In this document: piece by piece, positions 48,667 through 61,705 of the stretch
Layout: each line of letters opens with the position of its first letter
How positions within the stretch are numbered: the first letter of the stretch is position 1
From: Acidimicrobiia bacterium
GTDB lineage: Bacteria; Actinomycetota; Acidimicrobiia; Spongiisociales; ZC4RG35
Direction: 5' to 3'
Length of the DNA stretch: 64,000 nucleotides
NCBI GenBank assembly: GCA_035305585.1
Contig: DATGOV010000028.1
Coordinates: forward strand, 19,524-83,523
Notes under the pieces: model-generated
Seen by the model: only the letters and a program-made list of their open reading frames with translations
Database searches by the model: none
What the model was told of the DNA's origin: nothing
Translations under genes and position numbers: made by a program

Positions 48667-49113
48667 ATGACCGAGTCCATCCAGCCGGTCGCCGCGGTCC
48701 AACCGGTCGCCAAAGCACGCTCGCCCATCGTTCGCGGCATCTACTTCGTCTTGGGCCTGATCTGCCTCGGGTTCGCGTACCTGAGCTTTCTTCCCGGCAT
48801 CCCGACATTCGACTTCGTCATCCTGGCGGCATTCTTCTTCGCCCGGTCGTCGGACAAGTTCCACAACTGGCTCATGAACCACCGGGTGTTCGGGAAGATG
48901 ATCCACGCCTACCGGGGCGGGCTCACCGTCCGCACCAAGATCATCGCCTGCGTCGGCATCGTGGCGTCGATCAGCTTCTCGGCCATCGTCCTGGTCGACA
49001 ACACGATCCTGCGCACGATCATGGCGCTCGCCGCCCTGTACGGGATCTGGTTCGTCCTCAGCCGCCCCACGCGGCGGGAACCCTCCTCGACGGCCGACGT
49101 CGAGCCCGCCTGA
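48667..49113 (+). CDS. DUF454 (YbaN-like) inner-membrane protein
   Basis: 148 aa. The real gene is the C-terminal part of the large spurious 46357..49113 ORF. Confidence 0.65.
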   Translation: MTESIQPVAAVQPVAKARSPIVRGIYFVLGLICLGFAYLSFLPGIPTFDFVILAAFFFARSSDKFHNWLMNHRVFGKMIHAYRGGLTVRTKIIACVGIVASISFSAIVLVDNTILRTIMALAALYGIWFVLSRPTRREPSSTADVEPA

Positions 49114-49190
49114 TCCTCCGACTCTGAGTTCCGGCTGCATCGTGCGGGCGATGCGGCCGGCGGCGGCGACGCGGTCTACCGTGGCAGGCC

Positions 49191-50360
49191 ATGCTCTCCC
49201 GGAGAATCGGCCTGGGCGCGGTCCTCGCCGCCACCATGGCGTCGTCGACGTTCGCCCTTCCCATCTTCTCCGTGTTGGCGACGCCCCTCCGCCAGGAATT
49301 CTCGGCGGCCCGATGGCAGATCGGGATCCTCGTCACCGTCGTGACGGCCACCGGCGCCCTCGTCTCGCCGATGACCGGCTCCTTCGCCGACCGGCTCGCT
49401 CCTCGCCATTCGACCGCCGTGACACTGACCCTGGCCGGTGTGGGTTTCCTCTTGATGGGCCTCTCCTCCGGGTACTTCATGCTCGCCGCCGTCTCGATCC
49501 TCTCCGGCGTCGCCCAGGCGATGGCCAACCCGGCCACCAACCGTCTGATCATGTCTCAGGTCGAGGCGGGCCGGAGAGGGTTCCTCACCGGTGTGAAGCA
49601 GGCCGGCGTCCAGGCGGGCAACTTCCTCGGAGGGATCTTGCTGCCCCTCGGGGCGGCGTCGATCCTCGGGTGGCGGGGCACCGTGTCCCTGGCGGCCATC
49701 GTCCCGCTGGTCGGATTGATCGTCCTCCTGGCCATCACCCGGGGCTCACCTCGCGTTCCTCTCCGGGCGAAGGGCGAGAGGGCCCGGGTCTCGTCGGTCG
49801 TGATCCGCTTGGCGCTCTACGGGGGATGCCTGGGGCTGACCGTCGGGAGCTTGCAGACGTATCTCCCGTCGTACGCTCAGGAGACCTTCGGTCTGACCAC
49901 TGCCCAGGGCGGGGCGCTCGTGGCGGTCTTCGGGTTGACCGGTTTCATCGCTCGCCTCACCGCCGGCTCGCTGTCGGAGCGGATCTTCGGCCACCACCGA
50001 ACGCTGGCCGCGATGGGGGCCATGACCGGTGTGGCCGCTCTCCTCCTGGCGATCGCCCCCAGCGATGCCTGGCTATGGCCGGTGGCGATCCTGATCGGCC
50101 TCGGTCCGTTGGCCTGGAACGTGGTCGGCAACCTGGCGGTGATGGAGCTGTCCCCACCCGGGGCGGCCGGCCACGGGTCGGGAGTGATGATGTCGGGGTT
50201 CCTGGGCGGGATCGCTCTCGGCGCGCCGATCTTCGGCGGCGTGGTGGACCTGCTCGGCACGTATCGCCCGGGATGGATCGCGGTTGCGTGCCTCGGCGTC
50301 TTCGCGGCGTGGTTGGCCGGTGGCATCCGGCAGGATCGCGTGACTCCTGTCGGCTCGTAA
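49191..50360 (+). CDS. MFS transporter
   Basis: 12-TM MFS pattern. Confidence 0.8.
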   Translation: MLSRRIGLGAVLAATMASSTFALPIFSVLATPLRQEFSAARWQIGILVTVVTATGALVSPMTGSFADRLAPRHSTAVTLTLAGVGFLLMGLSSGYFMLAAVSILSGVAQAMANPATNRLIMSQVEAGRRGFLTGVKQAGVQAGNFLGGILLPLGAASILGWRGTVSLAAIVPLVGLIVLLAITRGSPRVPLRAKGERARVSSVVIRLALYGGCLGLTVGSLQTYLPSYAQETFGLTTAQGGALVAVFGLTGFIARLTAGSLSERIFGHHRTLAAMGAMTGVAALLLAIAPSDAWLWPVAILIGLGPLAWNVVGNLAVMELSPPGAAGHGSGVMMSGFLGGIALGAPIFGGVVDLLGTYRPGWIAVACLGVFAAWLAGGIRQDRVTPVGS

Positions 50361-50370
50361 CCTCGCACCG

Positions 50371-51036
50371 ATGCGGCTCGTCATCGCTCGCTGCACAGTC
50401 GATTACGAGGGGCGCCTCACCGCTCACCTGCCCGAAGCCATTCGTCTCGTGATGGTGAAGGCCGACGGATGCGTCGCCGTCCACGCCGACGGCGGCGCCT
50501 ACAAGCCCCTCAACTGGATGAACGCCCCCAACGTCCTCCGGGAGTACGACGACCGGTGGGAGGTGACCAACCCGAAGGGCGAGAAGCTCTCGATCACCAT
50601 GCACGAGATCTTCGCCGACACCTACCACGAGCTCGGCGAGGATCCCGGTCTGCAGAAGGACGGTGTGGAAGCCCACCTCCAAGAGCTCCTAGCCGAGCGG
50701 CCCCACGTCCTCGAGGAGGGAATGGAGTTGATCAGGCGCGAGTACCCGACGGCGCTCGGCCCGGTGGACATGCTGTGTGTAGACGCCGCCGGGCGAACCG
50801 TGGCGGTGGAGATCAAGCGGCGGGGAGAGATCGACGGCGTCGAGCAACTCGCCCGCTACATCGAGCGCCTCGACCTCGACTCCCGGCTCGCCCCTGTGCG
50901 GGGAATCCTCGTCGCCCAACTGGTGTCGCCCCAGGCTCGCACCCTCGCCGAGGCGAGAGGGCTCGAGACCCGTGAAGTCGACTACGACGCGCTCCGCCAG
51001 ATCGAGTCGGCCACTCCTCGATTGTTCGAGCTCTGA
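50371..51036 (+). CDS. nucS: endonuclease NucS (EndoMS, mismatch-specific)
   Basis: 221 aa NucS family pattern. Confidence 0.9.
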   Translation: MRLVIARCTVDYEGRLTAHLPEAIRLVMVKADGCVAVHADGGAYKPLNWMNAPNVLREYDDRWEVTNPKGEKLSITMHEIFADTYHELGEDPGLQKDGVEAHLQELLAERPHVLEEGMELIRREYPTALGPVDMLCVDAAGRTVAVEIKRRGEIDGVEQLARYIERLDLDSRLAPVRGILVAQLVSPQARTLAEARGLETREVDYDALRQIESATPRLFEL

Positions 51037-51039
51037 TCT

Positions 51040-51250
51040 CGGTCGGCGGGCGGCAGACGTGATGACTTTCCCTCGCTCGGGCGGGGGACGACCCCCGTAC
51101 CCCCGCGCGTCGGCGCACTCGTGCTGCTGGCAGGTCGCGCGAGTCTCAAGACCAGGACGACTAGAGGATCGCGTCGGCTTCCGCCTCGCCTGCCTCCGAA
51201 GGCCTTCCGACTTCCGACTTCCCACTTCCGACTGCACCGGCGAAGCCGTG
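51040..51250. repeat. intergenic repeat element copy A (inverted relative to copy B): G5 hairpin, conserved core, GGAAGNC-type heptamer array
   Basis: Shares ggcggaagc(c/t)gacgcgatcc, gggggt..gggggtcgtcccc and gccgagcg.agcgagg with 59621-59810 in opposite orientation. CTTCCGA heptamers at 51204-51233. Overlaps the trmL 3' end. Confidence 0.5.
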
Positions 51251-51691
51251 CTGCCGCCATGCCTCGTAGACCGCCACGGCGGCGGCGTTGGAGAGGTTGA
51301 GTGACCGCACGCCCGCCACCATCGGGATGCGAACGCGTTCGGTGACCCAGGGGTGCCGTTGGGCCTCGTCCGGCAGCCCGACGGACTCGGGGCCGAAGAG
51401 AAAGACGTCACCGGTCAGATAGGCGAAGTCGGTGTAGAGCGTCCGGGCGTCGACCGTGAAGGCGAAGACCCGCCGGTCGGAGAGGGCGGCGGCGCAGGCG
51501 TCCAGGTCGGGGTGGACAGTGACGGTCGCCCGGTCCCGGTAGTCCATACCGGCGCGGCGCAGCTTGGCGTCGTCGAGGGTGAATCCGAGTGGCTCGATCA
51601 GGTGGAGGCGGCATCCCGTCACCGCCGCCAGGCGCATCGCATTGCCGGTGTTGGGTGGGATCTCGGGGTGGTAGAAGACGAGCTCGAACAC
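51161..51691 (-). CDS. trmL: tRNA (cytidine/uridine-2'-O)-methyltransferase TrmL (SpoU family) with repeat-encoded C-terminal tail
   Basis: SPOUT pattern (HPEIPPNTGNAMRLAAVTG...). GTG start at 51689-51691. The last ~22 codons (AVGSGKSEVGRPSEAGEAEADAIL) are encoded by repeat copy A. Confidence 0.8.
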   Translation of the reverse strand: MFELVFYHPEIPPNTGNAMRLAAVTGCRLHLIEPLGFTLDDAKLRRAGMDYRDRATVTVHPDLDACAAALSDRRVFAFTVDARTLYTDFAYLTGDVFLFGPESVGLPDEAQRHPWVTERVRIPMVAGVRSLNLSNAAAVAVYEAWRQHGFAGAVGSGKSEVGRPSEAGEAEADAIL

Positions 51692-51696
51692 GCGCC

Positions 51697-53037
51697 TCAG
51701 GAGCGGTCGCCGAGGATGCGGAGGGCGATCGCCTCCGCCACGATCGACTTCTTCAGGTCGTCGAGGTCCTGGGATTCGTTGGGAGCGTGGATGGACGACT
51801 TCGGGTCTCCGGCCCCGGTGAGGATTATCGGCGCTCCGGGCAGCTTCTCGGAGAACGCAGCCACGAACGGGATCGACCCGCCGACGCCCATCTCCACCGG
51901 TTCCCGGCCCCAAGCCCGGCGCATGCCTTCCCGCCAAGCCTCGTAGGCTTCGCCCTCGGTCGACAGGGCGAAGCCCTCGGCCGACTCGACGGGTGTCACC
52001 GTGACTCGGGCTCCCCAAGGAGCGTTTGCTTTCAGGTGGTTCGTCAACGCTTCGAGGGCGGCGTCGGGGTCCTGGCGAGGCGGGATACGCATGCTCACCT
52101 TCGCCCGCGCCACCGGGACGAGTTGGTTGATCGCCTGGGACAGGGGAGGAGCATCGACGGCGAGGATCGAGACCGCCGGCTTGGTCCACATCCGCGACAC
52201 GAGAGAGCCGGTTCCGATCGTCTGCACGCCGGGAAGCGCGGTGGCTTGAGCCCGCGCCTGGTCCTCCGACAGCTCGAGTCCTTCGACCTCCTCCGACACG
52301 AGTCCTTCCACGGCCACCGACCCGTCGTCGTCGTGGAGTGTGGCGAGGAGGCGACTCAGGGCCATCAGGGCGTCCGGGTAGAGACCTCCGAACATTCCCG
52401 AGTGCTGTGCGCTCTCCAGTGTCCGCACCTCGACGGTCACCGCCACCAGGCCGCGCAGCGACGTGGTGAGAGTCGGGACGCCGGTGTCCCAGTTGCTCGA
52501 GTCGGCGATGAGGATCACGTCGGCGGTGAGGAGATCCGAGTACGCGTCGAGGAAGTCGGGCAGGTGCGGCGACCCGACCTCCTCCTCCCCTTCGATGAAC
52601 ACCTTGATCCCCACGCCGGAGTCGGCGCCCAGGGCGCGAATCGCTCCCAGATGCATCACGATTCCGGCCTTGTCGTCGCTCGCTCCCCGTCCGTAGAGCC
52701 GGCCGCCGGACTCGAACGGCTCGAACGGTCCGGTCTCCCACTCCTCGGCCGGCCCCGGCGGTTGTACGTCGTGGTGGGCATAGAGGAGAACGGTCGGCGC
52801 CCCCTCGGGACCCGGGATCTCCCCGAACACGGCAGGGTGGGCGCCGTCCAGCTCGAGAAGACGGACGTCCGTCAAGCCCTCGGCCTCGAGCAGCCCGGCT
52901 ACGTGCTCGGCAGATCGGCGCACCTCCTGGGGATCGTGGCCCGGGGCGCTCACGGACGGGATCCGGATCAGATCTTCGAGAGTCGAGCGGAGTCTCGGAA
53001 AGTCTTCTTCGACGAGGCGGTGGAGATCGTCGGGCAT
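51697..53037 (-). CDS. M20-family dipeptidase/metallohydrolase
   Basis: 446 aa M20A pattern (HHDVQP...GASDDKAG...). Confidence 0.8.
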   Translation of the reverse strand: MPDDLHRLVEEDFPRLRSTLEDLIRIPSVSAPGHDPQEVRRSAEHVAGLLEAEGLTDVRLLELDGAHPAVFGEIPGPEGAPTVLLYAHHDVQPPGPAEEWETGPFEPFESGGRLYGRGASDDKAGIVMHLGAIRALGADSGVGIKVFIEGEEEVGSPHLPDFLDAYSDLLTADVILIADSSNWDTGVPTLTTSLRGLVAVTVEVRTLESAQHSGMFGGLYPDALMALSRLLATLHDDDGSVAVEGLVSEEVEGLELSEDQARAQATALPGVQTIGTGSLVSRMWTKPAVSILAVDAPPLSQAINQLVPVARAKVSMRIPPRQDPDAALEALTNHLKANAPWGARVTVTPVESAEGFALSTEGEAYEAWREGMRRAWGREPVEMGVGGSIPFVAAFSEKLPGAPIILTGAGDPKSSIHAPNESQDLDDLKKSIVAEAIALRILGDRS

Positions 53038-53102
53038 CCGCCGATGCTATCCGAGGGAAGATCCACTGCGAGATTGACACCTGCCGCGACCAAGATGGGG
53101 CA

Positions 53103-53834
53103 GTGATCAGGTTCTCTCTCGCCGGCATCCCCGTCACCATCCGGCCGACGTTCTGGCTCGTGGCCATCCTCCTCGGGCTCGGCGTCGGAGACCGGGCACT
53201 TCTCGCCGCATGGGTCGTGATCGTGTTCACGTCGGTCGTGCTCCACGAGCTCGGCCACGCCCTCACCGCTCGCCACTACGGGGCGGAAGTCTCGATCACA
53301 CTCACGACCTTCGGCGGCTACACCCGATGGAGCGCCGACGCATCCACTATGACACCGGGCCGGAGAGCCCTCGTCGCCGCCGCCGGATCGGGGGTCGGCA
53401 TCGTGATCGGGGTCGTCGCCCTCGGGCTCTTCTTCGCGACTCGCCCGTGGGACTCGATGGCCGAGTCCGTGATGCGGATGTTCGTGTGGGTGAACGTCGG
53501 TTGGGGGATCCTGAACTGGCTGCCGATCCGTCCGCTCGACGGCGGCCACCTCCTCTTGGCGTTCTTGGACATGGTGGCGCCGAAGCGGGGCGATCGCCTG
53601 GCCACGGTGATCTTCATCGTCACCGGCCTGGCCGCTTTGGCCGTTGCCATCTACTTCGACCTGATCTTCGCTGCTCTTCTGGCCGGGTTCATGACCTGGT
53701 CGGAGGTGACGCGCCTCCTCCCGCCCCCGGACGCTCGGGTGCCGATCGAGTTCTCCTACGACGACCCTCCCGACGAGCCGGCCGAGGGGACGGAGGCTCC
53801 GGCGCCGAGCGACGCACCCGACCATCTAGATTGA
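53103..53834 (+). CDS. M50-family (site-2 protease-like) membrane metalloprotease
   Basis: HELGH zinc motif within TM helices and LDGG motif. Confidence 0.7.
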   Translation: MIRFSLAGIPVTIRPTFWLVAILLGLGVGDRALLAAWVVIVFTSVVLHELGHALTARHYGAEVSITLTTFGGYTRWSADASTMTPGRRALVAAAGSGVGIVIGVVALGLFFATRPWDSMAESVMRMFVWVNVGWGILNWLPIRPLDGGHLLLAFLDMVAPKRGDRLATVIFIVTGLAALAVAIYFDLIFAALLAGFMTWSEVTRLLPPPDARVPIEFSYDDPPDEPAEGTEAPAPSDAPDHLD

Positions 53835-53861
53835 CCCCCGGTCCCCGGGAGGAAGGTTCGG

Positions 53862-55085
53862 ATGGATTTCGGGTTCTCACAGAAGGTCCAGGACTACCAG
53901 CGCCGCCTCACGGAGTTCATGGACGAATACGTCTACCCGGCCGAGCCCGTCTACCGACGGCAGATGCAGGAGGCAGGCGATCCGCATCACCATCCCTCGG
54001 TCCTCGAGGACCTGAAAGCGGAAGCCCGTAGCCGCGGCCTCTGGAACCTGTTCCTTCCCGACGTGTCCGGTCTCAGCGTGCTGGAGTACGCGCCGCTCGC
54101 CGAGATCACGGGTCGCAGCCCCGAGATCGCCCCCGAGGCGATCAACTGCTCCGCTCCCGACACCGGGAACATGGAGATCCTCCACATGTTCGGGACCGAG
54201 GAGCAGAAGGAGCGCTGGCTGGCGCCCCTCCTCGATGGTGAGATCCGTTCGTGCTTCTCGATGACCGAGCCAGCCGTCGCCAGCTCCGACGCCACGAACA
54301 TATCGACGCGTATCGAGCGGGACGGCGACGAGTACGTGATCCGCGGCCGCAAGTGGTTCTCCTCGGGAGCAGCGTCGCCCCGCTGCGAGATCTCGATCGT
54401 CATGGGCGTGACCGACCCGAATGCCGACCGTCACCACCAGCAGTCGATGGTGCTGGTGCCGATGGACACTCCTGGCGTCGTGATCGAGCGAGCGCCGACC
54501 GTCTTCGGTTACCAGGACCGGGGTGGCCACCCCCAGATCCGCTTCGACGACGTCCGGGTCCCGGTTTCCAACCTCCTGGGTGAGGAGGGGGCGGGGTTCG
54601 CCATCGCTCAGGCGCGTCTCGGTCCCGGACGGATCCACCACTGCATGCGAGCGATCGGTGCTGCCGAGCGGGCACTGGAGCTCATGTCCGCCCGCGCCCA
54701 GACCCGGGTGACGTTCGGCAAGCCCCTGTCCGAACAGGGAGTGGTGCGAGAGTGGATCGCCCAGGCTCGTCTGCGGATCGAACAGGCGCGCCTCCTGGTC
54801 CTGAAGACCGCCTGGATGATCGACGCGGTCGGGACCAAGGCCGCCCGGACCGAGATCGCCGCCATCAAGGTGGTGGCGCCGGAGACACTCAAGTACGTCG
54901 CCGATCGGGCGATCCAGCTGTTCGGGGCGGCGGGGTTCACCGAGGACTGGCCACTGGCCTCGTTCTACGCCATGGCCCGCTGGTTGCAGATAGCCGACGG
55001 CCCCGACGAGGTCCATCTGCGCTCGGTGGCCCGGGCCGAGCTGTCACGCCACGAGCCTGGTGCCGAGTTCAGCTGGGAGCCCTGA
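53862..55085 (+). CDS. acyl-CoA dehydrogenase
   Basis: 407 aa ACAD pattern. Confidence 0.85.
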   Translation: MDFGFSQKVQDYQRRLTEFMDEYVYPAEPVYRRQMQEAGDPHHHPSVLEDLKAEARSRGLWNLFLPDVSGLSVLEYAPLAEITGRSPEIAPEAINCSAPDTGNMEILHMFGTEEQKERWLAPLLDGEIRSCFSMTEPAVASSDATNISTRIERDGDEYVIRGRKWFSSGAASPRCEISIVMGVTDPNADRHHQQSMVLVPMDTPGVVIERAPTVFGYQDRGGHPQIRFDDVRVPVSNLLGEEGAGFAIAQARLGPGRIHHCMRAIGAAERALELMSARAQTRVTFGKPLSEQGVVREWIAQARLRIEQARLLVLKTAWMIDAVGTKAARTEIAAIKVVAPETLKYVADRAIQLFGAAGFTEDWPLASFYAMARWLQIADGPDEVHLRSVARAELSRHEPGAEFSWEP

Positions 55086-55103
55086 CCGGGCGCGGTCGGG
55101 CCA

Positions 55104-55376
55104 CTAGGACGCCCGCCGTATCTCCTCCATCCACCGGCGCCGGACGGCACGACGCTCCGCCGGGGTGTGGCCACCCCAGATGCCGTCGGTCTGGTTCGTC
55201 TCGACCGCCCAGGTGAGGCATTCGCCGGCCACCGGGCATCCGGCGCAGACCGCCTTGGCCCGGGATATGGCGGCGAGGTCCGCCGGCTCCGGGAAGAAGT
55301 CGACGCCGGGCGTGTCGAGGCAGGCGGCCGCCTCCCTCCAGTCATCGATGTAGGAATCATGGGCTTCGGGAATCAT
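55104..55376 (-). CDS. WhiB-family transcriptional regulator
   Basis: Four Cys (C..C..C.....C) and G(V/I)WGG motif. Start taken at the internal ATG (MIPEA...); the track ORF extends to 55424. Confidence 0.8.
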   Translation of the reverse strand: MIPEAHDSYIDDWREAAACLDTPGVDFFPEPADLAAISRAKAVCAGCPVAGECLTWAVETNQTDGIWGGHTPAERRAVRRRWMEEIRRAS

Positions 55377-55462
55377 CGAAACCTCTCTCGTCGAACACTT
55401 CACAACGTCTGGGCCGCAGCTCACGTTCCCCCTTTGGGGTTGCGGATCGGGAGGCTTACCTT

Positions 55463-56044
55463 TTGATGGCGATGGAGTTCCAGATCACCTTCGACTACCT
55501 CTGTCCCTTCGCCCGCAACACCAACGAGGCCGTTCTGAATGGTCTCGCGGCTGGAAGGGGATGGAAAGTGAATTTCCGGCCGTTCTGCCTCTCCCAGGTC
55601 CACCGGCAAGAAGGCGAAGGCGACGCCTTCGACGACGTCTCCGCCTCCGGGGTCCTCGCCCTGCAGTGGGGCATCGCCGCCCGCGAAGTGGACCCCGACG
55701 ACTTCCATGAGATCCATAGAGCGCTCTTCGCCGCCCGTCACGACCAGGGCCTCGACATCCGTGACGAGGCCGTCTTGGCTCAGGCTGTGAAAGAAGCCGG
55801 GGGTGATGCCGACGCCATCGCCGCAGCCGTCGCCTCCGGCGAGCCGGCTGCTCTCCTGCGGAAGGAGCACGAGGAGTCGGTCGAGCGCTGGGATGTCTTC
55901 GGAGTCCCCACCTTGATCGTGGGCGACCAGGCCGTCTTCGTACGTCTGATGAGCCAGGGAGAGCCGGCCGACATCGACCGCGTCCTCGAACTGATCGAGT
56001 GGACCGACCTCAACGAGTACAAGCACACGCGCGTCCCGCGGTGA
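55463..56044 (+). CDS. DsbA-like thioredoxin-fold protein (FrnE/Rv2466c-like family)
   Basis: Thioredoxin-fold pattern with a single Cys in a CPFA context. Confidence 0.6.
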   Translation: MMAMEFQITFDYLCPFARNTNEAVLNGLAAGRGWKVNFRPFCLSQVHRQEGEGDAFDDVSASGVLALQWGIAAREVDPDDFHEIHRALFAARHDQGLDIRDEAVLAQAVKEAGGDADAIAAAVASGEPAALLRKEHEESVERWDVFGVPTLIVGDQAVFVRLMSQGEPADIDRVLELIEWTDLNEYKHTRVPR

Positions 56045-56059
56045 GCTGACCGGGGTACG

Positions 56060-57280
56060 GTGCGGGCGATGTTCGACGTCCACGCCGCTCGCAAACAGTT
56101 CCCCGCCCTCGCCCGGACCCAGGATGGGCGGCCGGTCGCCTACTTCGACGGCCCGGGCGGGACCCAGGTTCCCCGATCGGTCATCGAAGCGATCAGCCGC
56201 ACGCTCGAAGCAGGCGTTTCGAATCTCGGGGGAGACTTCGCCTCGTCCCAGCTCGCCGAGGAGATCACGGATTCGGCGCGTCGGGCGATCGCCGACCTGT
56301 TCGGCGCCCGGTCGCCTGAGGAGGTCGTCTTCGGACAGAACATGACCTCGCTGACGTTCTCCATGAGTCGCGCCCTGGCCCGGACGTGGCGAGCGGGCGA
56401 CCGCATCGTCGTCACCAGTCTCGACCACGACGCCAACGTCACTCCGTGGAGGCTGGCGGCCGCCGATCGGGGGGTGGCGGTCGATGTGGCCCGCTTCGAC
56501 AGCGAAACCCATCTCCTCGAGGTGGAAGCGATCGAGCGCCTGCTCACCGATCGAACCCGGTTGGTCGCCGTGACCCATGCCTCCAACGCCTTGGGCACCA
56601 TCCCCGATGTCGCCGGCATCGTCCAGGCGGCTCACGCCGCCGGTGCGCTCGTCTACCTCGACGCCGTTCACTATGCCCCGCACGGGCCGATCGACGTCCA
56701 GGCCATGGACGCCGACTTCCTCGTCGCCTCCGCATACAAGTTCCATGGCCCCCACACGGGCGCCCTATACGGGTGTCGTGACCTTCTCGAAGAGCTCGAG
56801 GCCTACAAGGTGCGTCCCGCTCCCGATACCGGCGGCGAGAAGTGGGAGACAGGAACGCAGAGCTTCGAGTCGCTGGCAGGAGTGACGGCGGCGGTCGACT
56901 ACCTGGCGTCGCTGGGAGAGGGCGAAGACCGCCGGGCCCGGATCCTCGACGCCCACGCCGCCATCGAGCGGCACGTGAACGCTCTCAGCCGGCGCTTCCT
57001 CGACGGCCTCGGCGACCACATCACCTTGCACGGGATCCGTGGCGTCGAAGGACGCACCCCCACCTTCGCCATCACATGTGCGGGACGGACGCCGGCCGAG
57101 GTGGCGTCCCACCTCGCTTCCCGGGGCCTGTACGTGTGGGACGGCCACTACTACGCCGTCGAGCCCATGGCCCAGCTAGGGCTGTTGGACCAGGGCGGCG
57201 CCGTGCGGATCGGCTTCGTGCACACGACCACCGACGAGGAGGTCGATCGGCTGTTGGACGCCCTCGACGAGCTCGCCTGA
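56060..57280 (+). CDS. class V aminotransferase-fold PLP enzyme (cysteine desulfurase / selenocysteine lyase-like)
   Basis: 406 aa. Pattern of the SufS/CsdA/EgtE-like family, with lysine in SAYKFHGP. Confidence 0.75.
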   Translation: MRAMFDVHAARKQFPALARTQDGRPVAYFDGPGGTQVPRSVIEAISRTLEAGVSNLGGDFASSQLAEEITDSARRAIADLFGARSPEEVVFGQNMTSLTFSMSRALARTWRAGDRIVVTSLDHDANVTPWRLAAADRGVAVDVARFDSETHLLEVEAIERLLTDRTRLVAVTHASNALGTIPDVAGIVQAAHAAGALVYLDAVHYAPHGPIDVQAMDADFLVASAYKFHGPHTGALYGCRDLLEELEAYKVRPAPDTGGEKWETGTQSFESLAGVTAAVDYLASLGEGEDRRARILDAHAAIERHVNALSRRFLDGLGDHITLHGIRGVEGRTPTFAITCAGRTPAEVASHLASRGLYVWDGHYYAVEPMAQLGLLDQGGAVRIGFVHTTTDEEVDRLLDALDELA

Positions 57281-57290
57281 GACCGGCTGA

Positions 57291-59620
<2,330 letters not shown>

Positions 59621-59810
59621 TTCAAGTCGGAAGGCGGAAGTCGGAAGACGGAAGGCGGAAGGCGGAAGGCGGAAGTCGCGGCGGAAGCTGACGCGATCCG
59701 CTCACCGCTTCGGGTGCTTTGACTCCCGCGACGCGACGAGTACGCCGGTACGCCGACACTCGGGGGGTTTGGGGGGTCGTCCCCTCAGCCGAGCGGAGCG
59801 AGGGGACATC
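59621..59810. repeat. intergenic repeat element copy B: array of 7 GNCGGAA heptamers, conserved core, G-tract hairpin
   Basis: gtcggaa ggcggaa gtcggaa gacggaa ggcggaa ggcggaa ggcggaa (59626-59688). Core ggcggaagctgacgcgatcc. G-tract ggggggtcgtcccc. Lies between convergent stops. Confidence 0.5.
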
Positions 59811-61488
59811 AGAGATCCGGACGGTCCGTCGGGTTCCCGTTGCAGTCGAAACCTTCCGACGGGCGATAGGTGGCGAACACCGAGTCCTCCACCTCTCGGC
59901 CGTCCTCGTAGGTCCGCAGCCGGTAGGTGTCGACCCGGGTGCAGGCCCGGACGGAGCTCGTCTCCTGGCGAACCTGCTCGACGTCGACCGACTTCGTGGA
60001 GTAGATCGACACCGTGATCGATGTGTCCGTGTATGACGTCCAGATCAGCGCCGGATAGTCAGTGGTGTTCTGGATCTCGAGATCGGGAGCGGGCCAGGAG
60101 ATGGTCGCCTCCCGCCCGTAGGGGTAGCGGCTGATGTAGAGCGAGTGGCTCTGGTAGGTGACGAAATCGAAGCCAGCGAAGAACGCGGCGTTGAACAACG
60201 TCGTGGCGAACTGGGAGACCCCACCTCCTACCGTCGGCACCAAATGGCCGCGGATGATGGTCCCGGCAGGCACGAACCCCTTCTCCCGGGTCCGTTCCCC
60301 GACGTGCTCGTTGAGTGACAGAGTCTCGCCCGGCGTCAGGTACACCCCGCGGACGAGATCGGCGAATCGTTGGATGTTCTGGACCCGGGCCTCGCAGCAG
60401 GCGTGCTCGGTCGTGAACTCCGCCACCTTCTCGACGACACCCTCGCCTTTCGCCCACGCCACCAGCTTCGGATCCTCGACCGGTCGTGCCTCCACGGTGA
60501 TCGGCCCGGGCCGGCCTCCGAGAACGGCATCCGCCACGACCTGGGAGGCGTCCTCCCGACAACACTCGAGGGGCGGGCTGCCCTCCTCGACGAGGACGGG
60601 CTCGTCGTCGACGACGTCGAACACGGGATCCTTGCCTCCGAGCTCGACGCCTCGGAACGCCGACTCGAGGTAGACCTGCAGAGACTCGAGGTCGAAGGCT
60701 GGCTCCGGCACCCCCTCGGCGTCGTTCAGGTCCAGCCGCATGCGCAGGCCGCGCGCCTCGAGTCGCCGGATCTGGTCGGCGACGCGCACCTCGATGCCGT
60801 CGGCCGTCAGCCGGTTCAGCTCGTCGGCGACTGCGGCGACCGCTTCGTCGTCGAGGGACGGAGGCAGAGCTCGGAGGGGGGCGTCGACGTCGAAGGGACC
60901 GCTGGCGGCCACCTGGTGCCCGAGGCGCTCCACGACGGCGTCGGCGTCCACGACGACACCGTCGATGCCCTCCTGCACGGTCAGGGTGGCGTCCTCGGCC
61001 AGGACGAGCCGGGGCGGGACCGGCTCCTCCACGACCAGGCCGTCGATGGCCCGGATGGTCTCGGCGGCTCGCTCCCGGTCGAATGTCAATACCGGGTCGA
61101 CCCGGCGGACGGACGTGAACGAGGCCAGCCAGGCGACGAAACGGTCCCAGGAGTTGCCGGCTTTCCCGACCGCCAGCGCAGCTTCGGTCGTGGCATCGCG
61201 ATCTACCGCCATCCCGAGGTCGGCGCCAGAGAACGTCGCCGTGCGGTCGGGCAAGTTGATCCGTACCGGGATGGCGGCCACCTCGGCATCGATCCGGGAG
61301 ATGACGCGGGACAACTCGGCTGCAGTCATGTGCCCGGCCTGATGGTCGGCCAACACGAGACCCCGGAGTGTGCGTTCGTCGTTGCCGGTGTCGACGAGGT
61401 AGGCGACGACGAGTGCCGCCGCGAAGAGGACCACGAATCCTCCGGCGATCGACGCGGCCAGCTTCCAGCGACGGCTCGTACTGCTCAC
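59809..61488 (-). CDS. VanW-family protein with N-terminal membrane anchor
   Basis: VanW-like C-terminal region and a hydrophobic anchor WKLAASIAGGFVVLFAAALVV. GTG start at 61486-61488; an upstream ATG at 61593 is also possible. Confidence 0.65.
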   Translation of the reverse strand: MSSTSRRWKLAASIAGGFVVLFAAALVVAYLVDTGNDERTLRGLVLADHQAGHMTAAELSRVISRIDAEVAAIPVRINLPDRTATFSGADLGMAVDRDATTEAALAVGKAGNSWDRFVAWLASFTSVRRVDPVLTFDRERAAETIRAIDGLVVEEPVPPRLVLAEDATLTVQEGIDGVVVDADAVVERLGHQVAASGPFDVDAPLRALPPSLDDEAVAAVADELNRLTADGIEVRVADQIRRLEARGLRMRLDLNDAEGVPEPAFDLESLQVYLESAFRGVELGGKDPVFDVVDDEPVLVEEGSPPLECCREDASQVVADAVLGGRPGPITVEARPVEDPKLVAWAKGEGVVEKVAEFTTEHACCEARVQNIQRFADLVRGVYLTPGETLSLNEHVGERTREKGFVPAGTIIRGHLVPTVGGGVSQFATTLFNAAFFAGFDFVTYQSHSLYISRYPYGREATISWPAPDLEIQNTTDYPALIWTSYTDTSITVSIYSTKSVDVEQVRQETSSVRACTRVDTYRLRTYEDGREVEDSVFATYRPSEGFDCNGNPTDRPDL

Positions 61489-61705
61489 TCGGGCCACGAT
61501 GGTATGCGTGCTGGTACCCAACCGCTGGGTCCCTTCCGAAGTAGCGGCTACTGTTGTGGCGCGGTCCCCGTGTCCGGTCCGGATGCGGGTCATGACACCG
61601 AGCCGTTGGCTTGTGCTGTCGGGGCGCGGCGTCGTGTGGGGCGACAGTTGTCTGTCGCGGGGAGGTGACGCATCTCCCCGACGGTGTGGACAACCGAGGA
61701 GAACG

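Noticed and set aside
51161-53266. 701-aa minus-strand ORF.
   Set aside because: Only the last 176 codons (trmL) are genuine. The upstream ~525 codons are antisense to the M20 dipeptidase gene and are Arg/Gly/Pro-rich.
59626-59688. Tandem GNCGGAA heptamer array considered as a CRISPR array or minisatellite.
   Set aside because: Units are only 7 nt with no spacers, so not CRISPR. It is part of the larger repeat element reported as a finding.
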